Positions 1-13,235 are shown, counted from the first letter of the stretch. The stretch is DNA of 64,000 nucleotides from Paraspadella gotoi (GCA_051294375.1 CM119267.1:1522268-1586267), one strand, 5' to 3'. Numbers and translations: made by a program. The notes: generated by a model from the sequence alone, not told the origin.

Positions 1-83
1 GCGATTCATCTTGCTGATGAATCCAATGCCCCTGATTTTTTTTATTGCTCCCTAATCTGCCAAAACGCAAAGACTTTATTTGA

Positions 84-199
84 TGACCTTGCGAGTTGAC
101 CTTGAGTTGACCTTGCGAGTTGACCTTGAGTAGACCTTGCGAGTTGACCTTGAGTTGACATTGCGAGTTGACCTTGAGTTGACCTTGCGAGTTGACCGT
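84..199. repeat. 24-bp tandem repeat (GCGAGTTGACCTTGAGTTGACCTT), about 5 copies
   Basis: Visible periodicity; explains the QLARSTQG repeat in ORF 42..293. Confidence 0.9.
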
Positions 200-554
200 G
201 AGCAAAGACAAACTCTTTTATTTTGGCACCAGAATTGATTTCTATTCTAATACCAAACCATTTAGGCATAAGTATGGTAGGTCGTAAAATCATACATACA
301 ATTAAATAAACCTAAGTCTTCGTTTATAGTTATCCCATCTGTAATAACCTCCTGGTTCGTCTTTCGCCATCTCTCATCGCATCTATTATCCCATCTGTTC
401 CCCCTTTCCGCATCCCTTTCCTTCTCAGATGTCAGTGGACAACCTTCATACAAAAACTCCAACTGGTCGTCGTATCTCGACCAAAATGTTCGTCGCTCAA
501 ATCAGTTTACAAAGAAAAAGACGCAGTCACTCTCGCTTGCGATGTCACGACCAA

Positions 555-923
<369 letters not shown>

Positions 924-1220
924 AAAAGAGACGAGAGAATTGGGAGGGAATTTACGACCTGAAGAATAAAAAAAAGGGAGGGATAGAGAAGATGACAGTG
1001 TGTGATAGCGGTAATGATGACGAAGGATGTAATAATGGAGATAATGATGACAGGAATTTGGGATGATAATAGGGATTTTTATGATAAAGATTTAATGATA
1101 AAGATGACAGACATCATAGAGTCAAAGAAGTGGCATTGAAGAAATTGAGATGATAATAAAGATAAGATTGAGAGAAGTGATTGTTTTGAACTCAGTTCGG
1201 AGAGATGGTTTCCTTGACAG

Positions 1221-1400
1221 CTAACTTTCTGGGCTAATTCTGCGCTATCAAGAGGAGAGGAATTCGTAGATAAATGGCGCAGAAGAGACGATGGCGCCGG
1301 TCAAACCGATCATGAGATGAGGACGACAAAGTTTCGGCCAAGAGGCGAAGCCCAGGACTTGACGAAAAAGTCTGTGATGATGTGGTTAGAAGTCCTGGGC
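1221..1400. other. Exon-like GC-richer island, strand unresolved
   Basis: On +, ttgacag is followed by an open frame LTFWANSALSRGEEFVDKWRRRDDGAGQTDHEMRTTKFRPRGEAQDLTKKSVMMWLEVL; the mirror frame on - is also open (RLFRQVLGFASWPKLCRPHLMIGLTGAIVSSAPFIYEFLSS*). No recognisable domain. Confidence 0.3.
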
Positions 1401-3535
1401 AAAGGATAACAAAACATTTAATACAAAGTCAGAAAATATATATATAAAGTTTAAAGAATCTTTCTTACTTGTTTGTGAAGCCAAAATAGCAACAAAAGGT
1501 GGCTTCTCTCACAAAAAAGTTCACCAATCCAGTAATCAGAAAGTAGTTTCTTATTAAAAGAATTCCGAGTTCTCTAAACATTAAAAAAGGTGAAACTAGA
1601 CAGATTTGTTAGTCCACGTCGATAAATCGTAATTAGAATCTATCGAAATCCGATGGACCAATCAGAATCTGCCAAGAACTGCCTCGGAATCTGTACCTAA
1701 GTATATATTAAACAAAAGTCTAAAACAAAAGAACACTAACTATTGGTACTATTAATTTTTTTAATTTTTATCTATTACAATTCTATGAATAAATATGAAT
1801 AAATAACTTTTTAAAGAAATTTATCATTTTTCACCCTATATTCAGTCATATCTAAAAAACAAAAAAAGATTTTGCATTGATATTTTGCATATCAACATAT
1901 GAAACTAACGTTTCAAAAAATAAAAATAAATATAATGATATTGAACAGTGAATTTTTTTTATGAACGGAACAGTAACGTTACGCCATTTTTCATTGTGTC
2001 ATAGCTGAAAAGTTGGAAATTCTTGCGTCATTAAAAAAGACAAAAGAGCATCGGGAGAAGGAGGAGAAGCTGGATTTCATCGTAATATAAAAGATAGATA
2101 TTTCGTAACAGTGATAATGTTGTCAGAAATGATACGAATGATAAAAGTAACGTGAAAAAGGAAAAGTGAAGTGAGAACAAGGTTAGAAGTGAAAAAGGAA
2201 AGAGAGAAAAACGAGTTAATAAATAAAGAAAAAGTCGATGACGACGACGACGACGACGACGACGATAAAAACCGCTCGAATTCCTTTTCACTCTATTTTG
2301 CGTCGTCGTTGGATGCGAAGACTGAATTATGCAGAACTTCGTTGTCTTCGTTGTTGTCAAAGGTCGGAAACTAATAACAACAACAACAACGAGGCCGGCG
2401 TCTCCGAAATTATAAACAATAAATAATAAACAAAAGCGAAAAACGAAAAACGAATGACGACGACGACGAAGAAAAGAAAAAAAGTGAGAGAAAAGGAAGA
2501 TGAAAACACAAATGAATTTTTCATAATCAATGATTTAAAAAAAATAATATAGTCCCCCCAAAAAATTACACATTCCACTAATTTCTGTTCCGCCTTTTAG
2601 ATTATGTAGGGTTCTCATTGATGATTTTCTTACAGGAGTGATGTGTTATTTTTATTTAATAAACAAGTTAAGGAAGTAATATAACATTGTGCTGTATAGA
2701 TGCTCCCCCTGTTTCCAGAACAACTATTTGCATTAATAGTTTTGTAAAAAAAGTTATCTCGCTATTGCTTTCCCTCTTTTCCTCTCTAAGAATTCTTGCA
2801 ATTTCAGGCCAGATATTTTATGGTCACTGATCTATTTTTGTACTGGTTTCTAGAACTCGAAAATTAGAAAATAGTCATTTGTGGCAGTATATTCACACCG
2901 CCTCACGTCCACCATCCTTCAGCCAAATCCATTGGCTCAGAGGGGGAACACACCATCCCAGGCGTAGTATTCCATCCACAGTCCTAACGACTTCCCTCTG
3001 CATTGGCAAAGCGAGACCGTCCTAGGGTAACCGCGCCAGTGACTGGAGGCGTCACAAAATGAGCTGGCCCCCTTTGTTTTTTGCAAATGAAGGGTCATTG
3101 ACGTGTCAGTGGCTGAGATGACAGTGTTGTCGAGCCTATGTGTGTAGGACTTGGAAGGCTTCCTTGCGGGAAGATTCCTAAGGCTACTCGAATGACTCTA
3201 TGGCCTGGTATGCCTGCCAACTGCCCTCTTCTTGCCTGCTGGCGAGGCAGGCGATTGTCCGTTCTTGCTGATTTTGCAGCGGGACTCTTCTCCCTCCTCC
3301 TGTAGCCATTGTTTTGGTTGGCGCTCATTCCGCAGAGAGAGGGAATGAGTTGTGTTAGGTTTTCCTACTAAACCTAAACCACTTTGTATGACTTTAAGCA
3401 TTGGAGACGTGTTTTACAGTTTAGCATCATATATTGTTGTAATATAAACATAACATAACGAAGTATAAACGTTCAAAATAAGCAAATATCCAATTGTATG
3501 GAACCATAATGAATTCGCGTAATAAAACCGTAAGG

Positions 3536-3636
3536 GCAGCCGTAAAGCATCGGAAAAAGCGTCGGAATGGGATCCGAGAAAGCAGCCGTAAAGCATCGGA
3601 AAAAAGCGTCGGAATGGGATCCGAGAAAGCAGCCGC
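3536..3636. repeat. Direct tandem duplication of about 46 bp
   Basis: GCAGCCGTAAAGCATCGGAAAAAGCGTCGGAATGGGATCCGAGAAA twice. Confidence 0.9.
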
Positions 3637-4528
3637 TGGACTGTGAAACAGATTATACAACGATTTAATATAAAATGTTCGAATTATAAACGCATTAAAA
3701 ACTTATTAAAAACGAGTTAAAAACCATTTAAACGGACCTGGTATACACGTCGAACTTTATATAAATTTGGCGATTACATAAGCATAAAAATATACATTTT
3801 AACTTTCGAAATAAAAGGCGTTGAATAAGCTGAGAATTTGGCATTAAATTCGAAGCAGCAAAAAACGGTAACGTGCAGGATATCGTCTGTGAACCGAATT
3901 AAAAATAGGACGAGAGAGAAAAGACTGGTTTCTCGCGAATGCGGGGTAAACAAAAGATCAGTTTTCGAAACGAAGTAAAAAATATTCTACAAGTTGCTAC
4001 ATTTGAGGGATAGGCATTGTTTGCCCATTGCCTGCGCAAAGGTCTCTGTCTATCTTGTTGAGTGGAGATAGGGGAGTCATTGTGCGGGCGTGGTGGAGAC
4101 AGGGTCTCCACCACGCTTTTGAGAAGCGAATCATAGCTTGGAGGGGGGTCGAATCGTCCTCCATCACAATTTAGCTATCCCTCTGAAACTAATCTTTCAA
4201 AAATTTCATTTTCTCTTTTTTCTCCTTAAACTATTTCAAACTCACTAATTTAATCTAATTTATTAGCATTTAATTGTTATGACTTTAGCCTACACTATTT
4301 TTACTATTTGCACATTGTATAATGTATTATCTCTCTCTCTATCTTTCTCTCTCTCTCCCTCTCTTTTATTCACCATTAAACTTTACCTTCACAAAAATTC
4401 AATATCTCTGTCCCTAACTTAGCCTGTCCTCACGCATTTGACCACTGTCCTTTCTCAACTCTGTGTTGGAAAACTTTGCCCTCTCTCTCTCTCTCCCTTC
4501 TTTATGTACCAAATAATTTAGTATTTTA

Positions 4529-4660
4529 TTTAAGAAGGTTTGTAAACCGAACCGAAACATGTCTGTTTATCATTAAATAAATTCGTTGCTGAATCACAAT
4601 TTAAACTTTTCTCTTATGTCCCAAACGCAACGAAAAAGAAAGAAAATTATAACAAAGTAA
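4529..4660 (+). mobile_element. Decayed Penelope-like pLTR remnant with degenerate minimal hammerhead
   Basis: TTAAGAAG-GTTTG...CGAAC-C-GAAACATGTC then AATAAA; the downstream CAAACGCAACGAAAA.GAAAGAA tail recurs at about 25808. Confidence 0.45.
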
Positions 4661-5970
4661 TAGATTTTATAATATTCATTATAAATATATATTATAAATT
4701 CTCTGGGAAGATGGGTATCTAGCTAAAGGTAGGTTCTAACTAGTCTCTCATCAGGGAAAAGAGGTAAGAAGGGTAAGGAATATATTGGTAATAGGTAAGT
4801 AGCTATAACAAAGGGAACAAGGGTACATAAAAGGGAGAAAAGGGAGAGGGAAGGTTTGCAGACCCCGAGACCGAGAGGAGAAGTTGAGAGAGTGAGTCCG
4901 ATCTCCAAGACTCTATCCGTGACTCCGGGGATGAAGAGGAGGGGACGGCGAGGGGAGGAGGAGGCGTTGAGAGGGGGAAGAGAAGGCCCGGGGGAGAGAG
5001 AGGTTCTGGCGGTAGGGTGAGCCTCTATCTTGATTCTATATTTTTAAATTTTATTATTATTATCATTATATTTTTAAATTTTATTATTATTATCGTTGTC
5101 AAAATCCAAATCAAACTTTCTCTAACTCAAACAACGAGAAGAAAGAATATAAAATAGGTAATAATATGCAATATGCAAAGAAACAATAAAAAATTTTAAA
5201 CAACTACAGGGCGTTGATGTTTTCAAATCATTTAGTCATTTTTATACGCGCACCTTACATTGCATAGTATGAAAGCCACACTTATTAATATTTTTCAGTG
5301 GTCGTTTCTGAATATGATATGGTATGTCTTCTCTTTAATTTCTTTTAATTTCAGATTTTCTTAACCATCCAAATTAAACTTATTTAAACTTCTATTAGGT
5401 AAGTAAAACAAAATTTTAAATAGATTTTAGGGAATAAGCTTAAATCGTCAAATACTTTGTATTTTTTGCTGACTTGACTCTTTTATCATGCATTCTAAAA
5501 TCTGACATGATTAATTTACATATCTGACAATATCATAATGAAATGTTTAAATAAAGGTCAGTTTTAATAAAAATTGGACTATAATAATAACTTACCCGAA
5601 CCTTACTTACCTCAACATTTTTTAAACAAAAATATAATGTATAGCATGCTAAAAGTATTCTTATACTATAAATAAGCATTTTCATTAATAATTTTATCTG
5701 GAATGTTTTTAGAATGGGATTAAACAATAAATAGTCAAACATTTTTCTTCCAAACCGCGCGGAGAAAACAGAGCAGTTGCCTTTGCTTCATCAAAATAAG
5801 CATTATATCAAAGAATTTCATAACAATTAATATATCTGATAAAAGCTAAGAAAGAGCTTAATTTGAATCTTTATTCAGATTTCAAAAATCATTAACAGTT
5901 TTAGCGTAATGAATTTTTAAATTTTGTCTCGATATATGGTCCCTCCCCTGTATATCCCAATATTATTATT

Positions 5971-6140
5971 TTTAGTCGGATCTGCTTTCAGCAGATCCCG
6001 ACTCTATAATTCGCTTTGTCGGTCCGTCCCCTGAATCTTGTCGGGCATTAACATATATCATGTCAGAATATCAAATTATGATGAATTATGCAAAAAAACG
6101 ATGTCCGTCCGTCAGTCTGTGTCCGTCTGTCTGTCCGTCA
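5971..6140 (+). mobile_element. HINE/DINE-1-like Helentron element, 5' fragment
   Basis: Palindromic subTIR GTCGGATCTGCT-TTC-AGCAGATCCCGAC followed by a (GTCY)n microsatellite. Confidence 0.75.
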
Positions 6141-6409
6141 ATTTTGCAATGTTCATAGTGATAGGGAAGCCAAGTACTCGTGGAGTGAAACAACAACAAC
6201 AATAACCACAACAACGACGACGACGACGACGACGTGAATAAAACGATAACCGCAAAGAAAAACGAAAAGTGATTATTTTTGGAAGACGACGACGACGACG
6301 ACCACAAGGCCGCAGATATATAGACCATGTCACGTACTAACGATGAGTGAGTAAACTTTAAAGAACAAACAGGGACAGAGAGCTGCGAGCATAGAGAGAG
6401 AGCGCGAGC

Positions 6410-6441
<32 letters not shown>

Positions 6442-6534
6442 AGAGAGAGAGAATAATGGAAGCCGAGACTGAGTCTCTGAAAAAAAGAAAAGTCAGAACG
6501 AAGTGAGTTCGTAATGAAGTCGTCGCTTGAGTGA

Positions 6535-7404
6535 GTAAGGACGTGAAGTGAGGAAGTAAAGAAAGAAGTGAGGAAGTGAAGTGAGGAAGTGAGGAATTGA
6601 GGAAGTGAAGTGAGAAAGTGAAGAAAGGAAGTGAGGAAGTGAAGAAAGGAAGTGAGGAAGTGAAGAGAGCAAGTGAAGTGAGGAAGTGAGAAAGTGAAAA
6701 AAGGAAGTGAAGTGAGGAAGTGAAATTAAGAAAGGAAGTGTGGAAGTGAAGAAAGGAAGTGAGAAAGAGAAGAAAGGAAGTGAAGTTAGGAAGTGAGAAA
6801 GAGAAAAAAGGAAGCAAGAAAGTGAAGTGAGGAAATGAAATTAAGAAAGGAAGTGAGTAAGTGAAGAAAGGAAGTGAAGAAGTGAAGTGAGGAAGTGAGG
6901 AAAAGAAGAAAGGAAGTGAGGAAAAAAAGAAAGGAAGTGAGGAAGTGAGGAATTGAAGTGAGGAAGTCAAGTGAGGAAGTGAGAAAGAGAAGAAAGAAAG
7001 TGAGGAAGTGAAGAAAGGAAGTGAGAACGTGAGGAATTGAAGAAAGGAAGTGAGGAAGTGAAGAAAGGAAGTGAGTAAGTTAGGAAGTGAAGTGAGGAAG
7101 TGAGGTGAAGAAAAGGAAGTGAGGAATGAAGAAAGGAAGTGAAAAAGTAAGGAAGCTGAAGTGAGGAAGTGAGGAAGGAAAAAAAGGAAGTGAGGGAATT
7201 GAAGTGAGGAAGTGAAGAAAGGAAGTGAGGAAATGAAGTGAGGAAGTGAGGAGGTGATGAAGTGAAGAAAGGAAGTGAGAAAGTGAGGAATTGAAGTGAG
7301 GAAATGAAGTCAGGAGGTGAGAAAGAGAAGAAAGGAAGTGAGGAATTGAAGTGAGGAAGTGAGGAAGAGAAGAAAGGAAGTGAGGAATTGAAGTGAGGAA
7401 GTGA
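6535..7404. repeat. Complex purine-rich satellite (GAAGTGAG / GAAGAAAG units)
   Basis: Visible degenerate tandem units; explains the 294-aa low-complexity ORF 6086..6970. Confidence 0.9.
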
Positions 7405-7523
7405 ATAATAATAATAATATAGAAAATATATATTCTTTATAGCAAATTATGTGCAAAAGAAGAGAGAAATAGAGGCAAAAAGTTTTTAACAGTTTTTAAA
7501 AGTATTTTCACAAACTCTTAACG

Positions 7524-7558
7524 CTGATAAAAGCTTGAATTGAAAGCCGAAACATGTC
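7524..7558 (+). ncRNA. Degenerate minimal hammerhead motif (Penelope type)
   Basis: CTGATAA-AA-GCTT...AAGC-C-GAAACATGTC; core G8 is mutated. Confidence 0.45.
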
Positions 7559-7570
7559 CATTTTTGTACT

Positions 7571-7990
7571 AACAAGTTTGAGCAAACAATGTCGGATCTG
7601 CACGCGATCATTATCGGTAATTAATTAATAATTAATTAATTAATAATTAATTCAAGTTAATTAATTATTTAATAATTAATTTATTCAAGTTAATTGTTTA
7701 ATTAATTAGGCAAATAATTAATTAATTTGATCTGAAATGTTTGTTTTGATTGATTAATTAATTGACTGATTAATTAATTATTGATTAATTAAATTGACTA
7801 ATTGATTAATTAACTGATTAATTATTTTATTAATTAATACATCTTGCATTTACACTTAAATTAAAAAAAAGAAGCATAATTAATTAGTTAAACAGGTTCT
7901 TTGTTTTTTCTATTTAAACTCATTTCCACTCAAACGATTCCATCGAAACTTGATTTCCAGTTTAATCACACACTTTTCTACCCAAAATTA
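7571..7990 (-). mobile_element. HINE-like element, 3' fragment
   Basis: Reverse complement of the family 3' end GCAGATCCGACATTGTTTGCTCAAACTTGTT, plus the ATTA-rich block and part of the central repeat. Confidence 0.75.
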
Positions 7991-8404
7991 ACGGTTAACG
8001 AAACTCTAGACCCAAGAGGAAGAGAGAAAAAAAGAAAAGAAAAAAATAAAAGAAGAGAATGGGAGAAAATGAATAAAAAAAATTTAAAATGTTGAAAACA
8101 AATTACAAAAAGAAAAATTCAGAAAAATGGAGGGGAAATAAGAAAAAGAAAAAAAGAAAGAGTGCAGGGGGTTGCAGAGGTTTTAATACATTAAATGCCC
8201 TTCTTTTCTAAACAAAAACAAATGTTCAGGAAGCGAACACGCAGGGTTATTATAGCTTCCAGGGTTCAATCCTTTATTCTCAATTTTTCTATCGCTTCCG
8301 GTTTCGCGTTCCTCAAAAATCGGCAGCTTCCAGTGTTCGCTTACGCTTTCCGGATCGCGTCCACATCTCTGATTTAAAGATTATTTTATTACTATATAAA
8401 GTAG

Positions 8405-8765
8405 GGACGTCTGGCGTGAAGCGTCCGAGATAAAAATTAGCGAATAAAAAAGTTGTTATTTTACTCACTGAATAAAAATACTTAAAATGCTTACAAAATA
8501 CATAAAATTGATAAAATTATTATTGCGAAAACATTGTTCAATCACATGCACTATATCTATTGCCTTTTTTTTTCATTGAAATCGATAGATATTCACTAAA
8601 ATATTAGAATTAATTTTTCTTTTTGATATAATAAGAGAACCAAACTTCCGTCACTTGATGTCGTCAGGTTGCTAGTAAATATGCGTTTGAGGAATCCAAA
8701 TCTGTTTTTAAAATTGACCTACGTAGACGCGCATAGACGCGATATGCCTGGAAAGCAAGTTGTTT
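8405..8765 (+). repeat. Dispersed ~355-bp repeat, second copy at about 17035-17395
   Basis: ACGTCTGGCGT.AAGCGTCCGAGATAAAAATTAGCG ... GACCTACGTAGACGCGCATAGACGCG shared between the copies. Confidence 0.85.
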
Positions 8766-9644
8766 GGTTTGGTTCCGCTTAAATTTTTAGCTTCGGCCGA
8801 GTCAATTGGTAATAAAAAAATTGATTTTCTTAGATATCTTTTGAACCAAAAATGATAGAACGTTGAGACTGGTATCATATTAAAACCAAAATTATGGGGC
8901 ATCTTTTCCATATAATTTTTTTAAGATGTTTTAAAGGATTTTTTTAAAAACTTGATCGGAATCTTAGTCAAAAGTATAACAACTTTTGAAATTAAATTAA
9001 ACACACTTGGCCACATTTAAAAAAATAAATAAATATAGATTCTGAAAGAGAAAAGATTGAATTATGTTTCTGATATAAACAAAAAAATTTATACCTCAAA
9101 TGTTTATATAATTACTAAGGATAATGATTATCATTTTGTTGAAAACAAAAAAATTAAAAAATTCATGTAGGAACCTTAAAAAAACATATGATTTAAATAT
9201 GATAATTTAGGAGTTCAAACTTTGTTCCCCCTTATTTAAAAACTACTGACATAGGGCTAAAAGACTGTGTACAAGGCCTGGCAGAAAGAAATTATCACAA
9301 TTTTTTTATGTCATAATGCTATCATAAAATAATTTTAATGCATCATGTGAGGTATCATATGAAAGCTAACGATGTCTGCTACATGACAACACTTAAAAAA
9401 AAATGTCTTCATAAAAATAACAAATCACCAGACTACCCTATATAAAGTTAAAATTTTTTTTTTAAGAGTGAAACAAAAGGAGAGAAAGAGAAAGAAAAAG
9501 AGAATTAGTGACAACAATAAATATTGAAGCCCACCCAAAGTAAAGGAGGAAAAAGAGAGAGAGAGAAAGAGAGAAAGGAAGAATGAGAGAGAGAGAGAGT
9601 AAAAGACAGACAGAGAAAAATACACTTAACTCATTCTTTAACTC

Positions 9645-9835
9645 GGTCCGTGGGGAGCATTTTTTGGCTCCCTGATGGGTTACCCCCAGGGGCAGGCTTT
9701 TTTTGGCCCCAAGGGGCTTAGCAATAGGGGCGCCCCTAATAAACGCAAAATGTTTGCCCCCTGGGGCAGCCCCGTGGGGCTATCCAGAGGGGGTGCCCCC
9801 TCAATGACCATTTTCTGCTCCCCCTGGAATAGTCT
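9645..9835. mobile_element. GC-rich multi-hairpin MITE-like element
   Basis: Terminal IR GGGGAGCA/TGCTCCCC, inner IR CCCCAGGGGCA/TGCCCCCTGGGG and four short GGGG/CCCC hairpins. Confidence 0.55.
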
Positions 9836-10654
9836 GGGAGATGACATATCTCAGAATCTTGGTAATCTCATATGACATATGGGAGATGACATATCTCAGA
9901 ATCTTGGTGATCTCGTTGACGAGAACTTGAATCGTTATCGCCGATAAATCCATGGCGTAGTTTGTTTATTTTATAAACGTATCAACGCAGAGAATGGATT
10001 ATCAAGTGGCTTGTCTCTCTTGGCTTCTCCGTCTTTTCTTCTGATTGACCAATCAGAGAGGAGGCTTCCCTCAGGAAACCGACGGCAGAGAAACGAGAGA
10101 GGGAACGAGATCACTCTTCAACTTACCTTCAAGAAACAAACATCAAACTCCTTATGGACTATTTGTTATATTGTTTATTGCCTGCCTTTTCTCTGCATAA
10201 TCTACATATTTTGTATGTTAATTATTATCATCCCAACGTGTTCTTATGTCAATAAAACTCCTCCTATTTCTCACTTAATAAACCACGCCTACTTCCTTCG
10301 TTGTGGTGACAGGACTGGATTAGACTGTGAAGAAGTTTTAGTCTTCTTGCCCGTGGAGACGAACGTTTGAGGTTTTACCCGGCCGAAGTGTCTAACGTGA
10401 GATCCATAGGAAATATGAAGAATAAGTTGAATAATTTGAAGTTTTATTTAGCATCAAAATAACCGAAAAAACTCGTAAAAACAGAGTTTCTTCCGGGAAA
10501 AACACATTTCATGAGATTTCAAACGAAAACTAACTCGCTCACAAATTCTCACAAATTGAAATATGACTTTGACCCTAAAAAATAGTGGCCCAACTATAAC
10601 TAGACTCAGATATTGAGGGAACGTTTAAGAGAGAGATACGAGGCTTAATATTTT

Positions 10655-10724
<70 letters not shown>

Positions 10725-11019
10725 CTCCCACTAGCGCTATCCCAACCACCCTACAACCACATGACCGATACTCTTCCTTATTTAGCTTTCGTTCTTCTTT
10801 CCATCTCGCTTCGGACTCTTTCAAGAAAAAAAATCTTTTCCAAGCAAAATATCAACAACGGCTTAGAAAAATTCATTACCGCCTCTAACTTTTTCTGAGC
10901 AGAATTATTTTCACAATTTTTTTTTTGAATTTAAAAAAAAACAAAACAACAAAACTTCTACATCCAAAAAGGGAAAAAAAAGGAACAAAATAAAGAAGAA
11001 AACAGAAAAGGGAAACAAG

Positions 11020-11121
11020 GTGAGCCCCAGCCCCCCCATAAAAAATACAAATGTTAATTTTAAAATAATAAAAATAAATGTAAATTTATTAACGATTATT
11101 TTTTTTCCATCTCCCCTTCAG
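11020..11121 (+). other. 5'-UTR intron of the Gly/Ser-rich gene
   Basis: AAG|GTGAG donor; pyrimidine tract and TTCAG acceptor 5 nt before the ATG. Confidence 0.65.
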
Positions 11122-11126
11122 TCACG

Positions 11127-11516
11127 ATGAAGTTGATAATTCCGCTCATCGTCTGCGCGTTGATCGTGAAGTTAGAAGCTGGCAGCAGCAGCAGCAGCAG
11201 CGGCAGCAGCAGCGGCAGCGGTAGCGGCGGCGGCAGCGGCAGCGGTAGCGGCGGCGGTGGCGGCGGCGGCGGCAGCGGTGGCGGCAGCGGTGGCAGCGGC
11301 GGCAGCGGCGGCAGCGGCGGCAGCGGCGGCAGCGGCGGCAGCGGTGGCAATGGCAGCGGCGGCGGCAGCGGTGGTAACAGCTCTGGAGGATCTGGCAGCT
11401 CAGCGGGAGGTGAAGGATCCGGCTCCGGAGGCGGAAGCGGTGCCGGATCTATCTTCGACGGCGCGTTCCAAGTCATCCTGGCGACCGTCTTCGTCGTCGT
11501 TGGGGGCGCCCTCTAA
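11127..11516 (+). CDS. Small secreted, probably GPI-anchored Gly/Ser-rich cell-surface protein (129 aa)
   Basis: Signal peptide MKLIIPLIVCALIVKLEA; ~90-aa G/S polymer with NGS and NSS sequons and EGSG; hydrophobic C-terminal tail AFQVILATVFVVVGGAL*; AATAAA at about 11637 and 11668. Confidence 0.85.
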   Translation: MKLIIPLIVCALIVKLEAGSSSSSSGSSSGSGSGGGSGSGSGGGGGGGGSGGGSGGSGGSGGSGGSGGSGGSGGNGSGGGSGGNSSGGSGSSAGGEGSGSGGGSGAGSIFDGAFQVILATVFVVVGGAL

Positions 11517-12531
11517 CGGGGACACAAAATATGGAAAAGGGGGAGAGAACTGCTGAAGAAGATTGAATAATTTGATTTTTTAAAAATTAAATTGTTTGAA
11601 AAATTTTTATTTTATTTAGATTATGCAATGAAAATTAATAAAATAATTTTTTATTTTTTTATTTTTTAATAAAAACTTTTGTCGTTTTATTTCAGCCAGG
11701 AAGATTTTAGGGCAGGAATTTAGAAAGTCCCGCGCCAAAGAGTTTGAAAAAAAGAATAACCGGTAAACAGTTACAAGAAATATAAAGGTATTTTGTAGAG
11801 AATCAAGATTTAGTCGGTCAGGTCAGCCGACGAGAGATTGTAGTTACGTCCCCAGAACCCGACGGAGCAAATATTTGATCTTTTCGCTCGGTCAGTCCAA
11901 CTGTCGGTCTGTCCAACTTACGTTTTCAAAAAGTTCCTTCCATCCGACTCACTTTCTTTTACATATCGATGGCGAAAGTCTTGACGATACAACTTTTTCT
12001 TTCACTTTTTCTTTCTCTAATTCTTTTTTTTTTAAGTAGATCTTTTTATTACCAAAAAAAACTTTGATCGCGGTTATTATTTTATTTTTTTTGGGTACAA
12101 GCAATTTTAAAAGGACGCACGATGACTGGAATTGATATTTAGCGAGGATTGAAATTCACTCGGCTTTTTTCGTAAAAATCTTTGCTAAAAAAAAATGTTA
12201 CTTGGAAAATTTTTCTTTCCAACCAATTCTTGGAAAAATGTTGAGAAAAAGGAAGCGGAAGGCCAAAGAGGCGATCGCCAGAAGATGGGGTAAAAATGTT
12301 TAAAACGTTAGAAAAATAGATTAGTAACTAGAATGACGACGAAATATGGTTACTTGTTCTAATGTACCACTGACCTTGGGTCAATTTTACGTCGACCACT
12401 TTTCCATAATGATAATCTCTCACTTTTGTTTTTAAATTTCATCCTATGTCATTGTTTTTATTTTAACGGTTTTGTTTTATGTTATTTTTGTTTTAACCGT
12501 TTTGTTTTATGTTGTTTTTGTTCTAACCTAG

Positions 12532-12620
12532 GAGTCTACGTCGTTCTTAGAGATCGAGGAAGACTTTTTCAATGGAGATTTTCGTTCAAATCTGACTACC
12601 AAACAATATAAACGCTCCTG
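12532..12620 (+). other. Possible isolated exon (ESTSFLEIEEDFFNGDFRSNLTTKQYKRS)
   Basis: T-rich tract, CTAAC, CTAG acceptor, open frame, TG|GTAAAA donor; no phase-matched neighbour found. Confidence 0.3.
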
Positions 12621-12640
12621 GTAAAAATTCTGGTAAAATA

Positions 12641-13235
12641 TCGATGTAAAAACACTTGATTTCGATCCTGTTGCATCTGAAGGGCTCGCATTTTTTTTCT
12701 CTTGTCAAATCATCAACATCTTGATATCAAACAAGCCAGAACAAATAGACTGCTTCTGGATGGAAAATTTTTTCATCACTGATTTTATATAGAAATGAAA
12801 GGGATTTTTTTCCTTGAAAACGATATAAACATGACTGAGGTATGTTCCCGTTCAACAAATGAGGTCCAATTTTGGAATCCGTTGGCAAAGTGTCTAAAGG
12901 GCTCTCAAAATTTTTCTTTACATTTTATTTGGTTATTTTGATATGATACGATCATGGTAAAGTGAATTAGTCCATTTTGGTGAAATTTTTATTTAAAGTA
13001 AAAGTAAAAGAGGAGCTAACGAACGGAATTCTAAGAGTTTTCAACCGGGAGTCAGATTCGGGAAAAATCTTCCAAAGAAGGGGTGGATTTTTCAAAGATT
13101 TTGGCTAATATTTTCTATATTTATTGTCGGATTTTTTTGAAACTTAATATTAACAATATTGCCATCATTCTACCTTGGCCGGTATAAGAATATATTAAAA
13201 AAACTTCGGGCTTTGTTCGTCAGAGCTTAGTCCTA
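12641..13235 (+). mobile_element. Non-autonomous DNA element, same family as the outer parts of 57938-60086
   Basis: Shares GATGTAAAAACAC...GATCCTGTTGCATCTGAAGGGCTC and ...TCAGAGCTTAGTCCTA. Confidence 0.75.

Noticed and set aside
6086-6970. 294-aa hydrophobic ORF
   Set aside because: Translation of the GAAGTGAG satellite and GA microsatellite; stop-free by composition
9950-10330. Possible LTR end followed by a PBS-like TGGTGACAG
   Set aside because: No terminal CA, second LTR, TSD or gag/pol sequence
11096-11556. Pro/Leu-rich antisense ORF and poly-Ala alternative frame
   Set aside because: Shadows of the GGC/AGC repeat; only the 11127 frame has a signal peptide, tail and splice context
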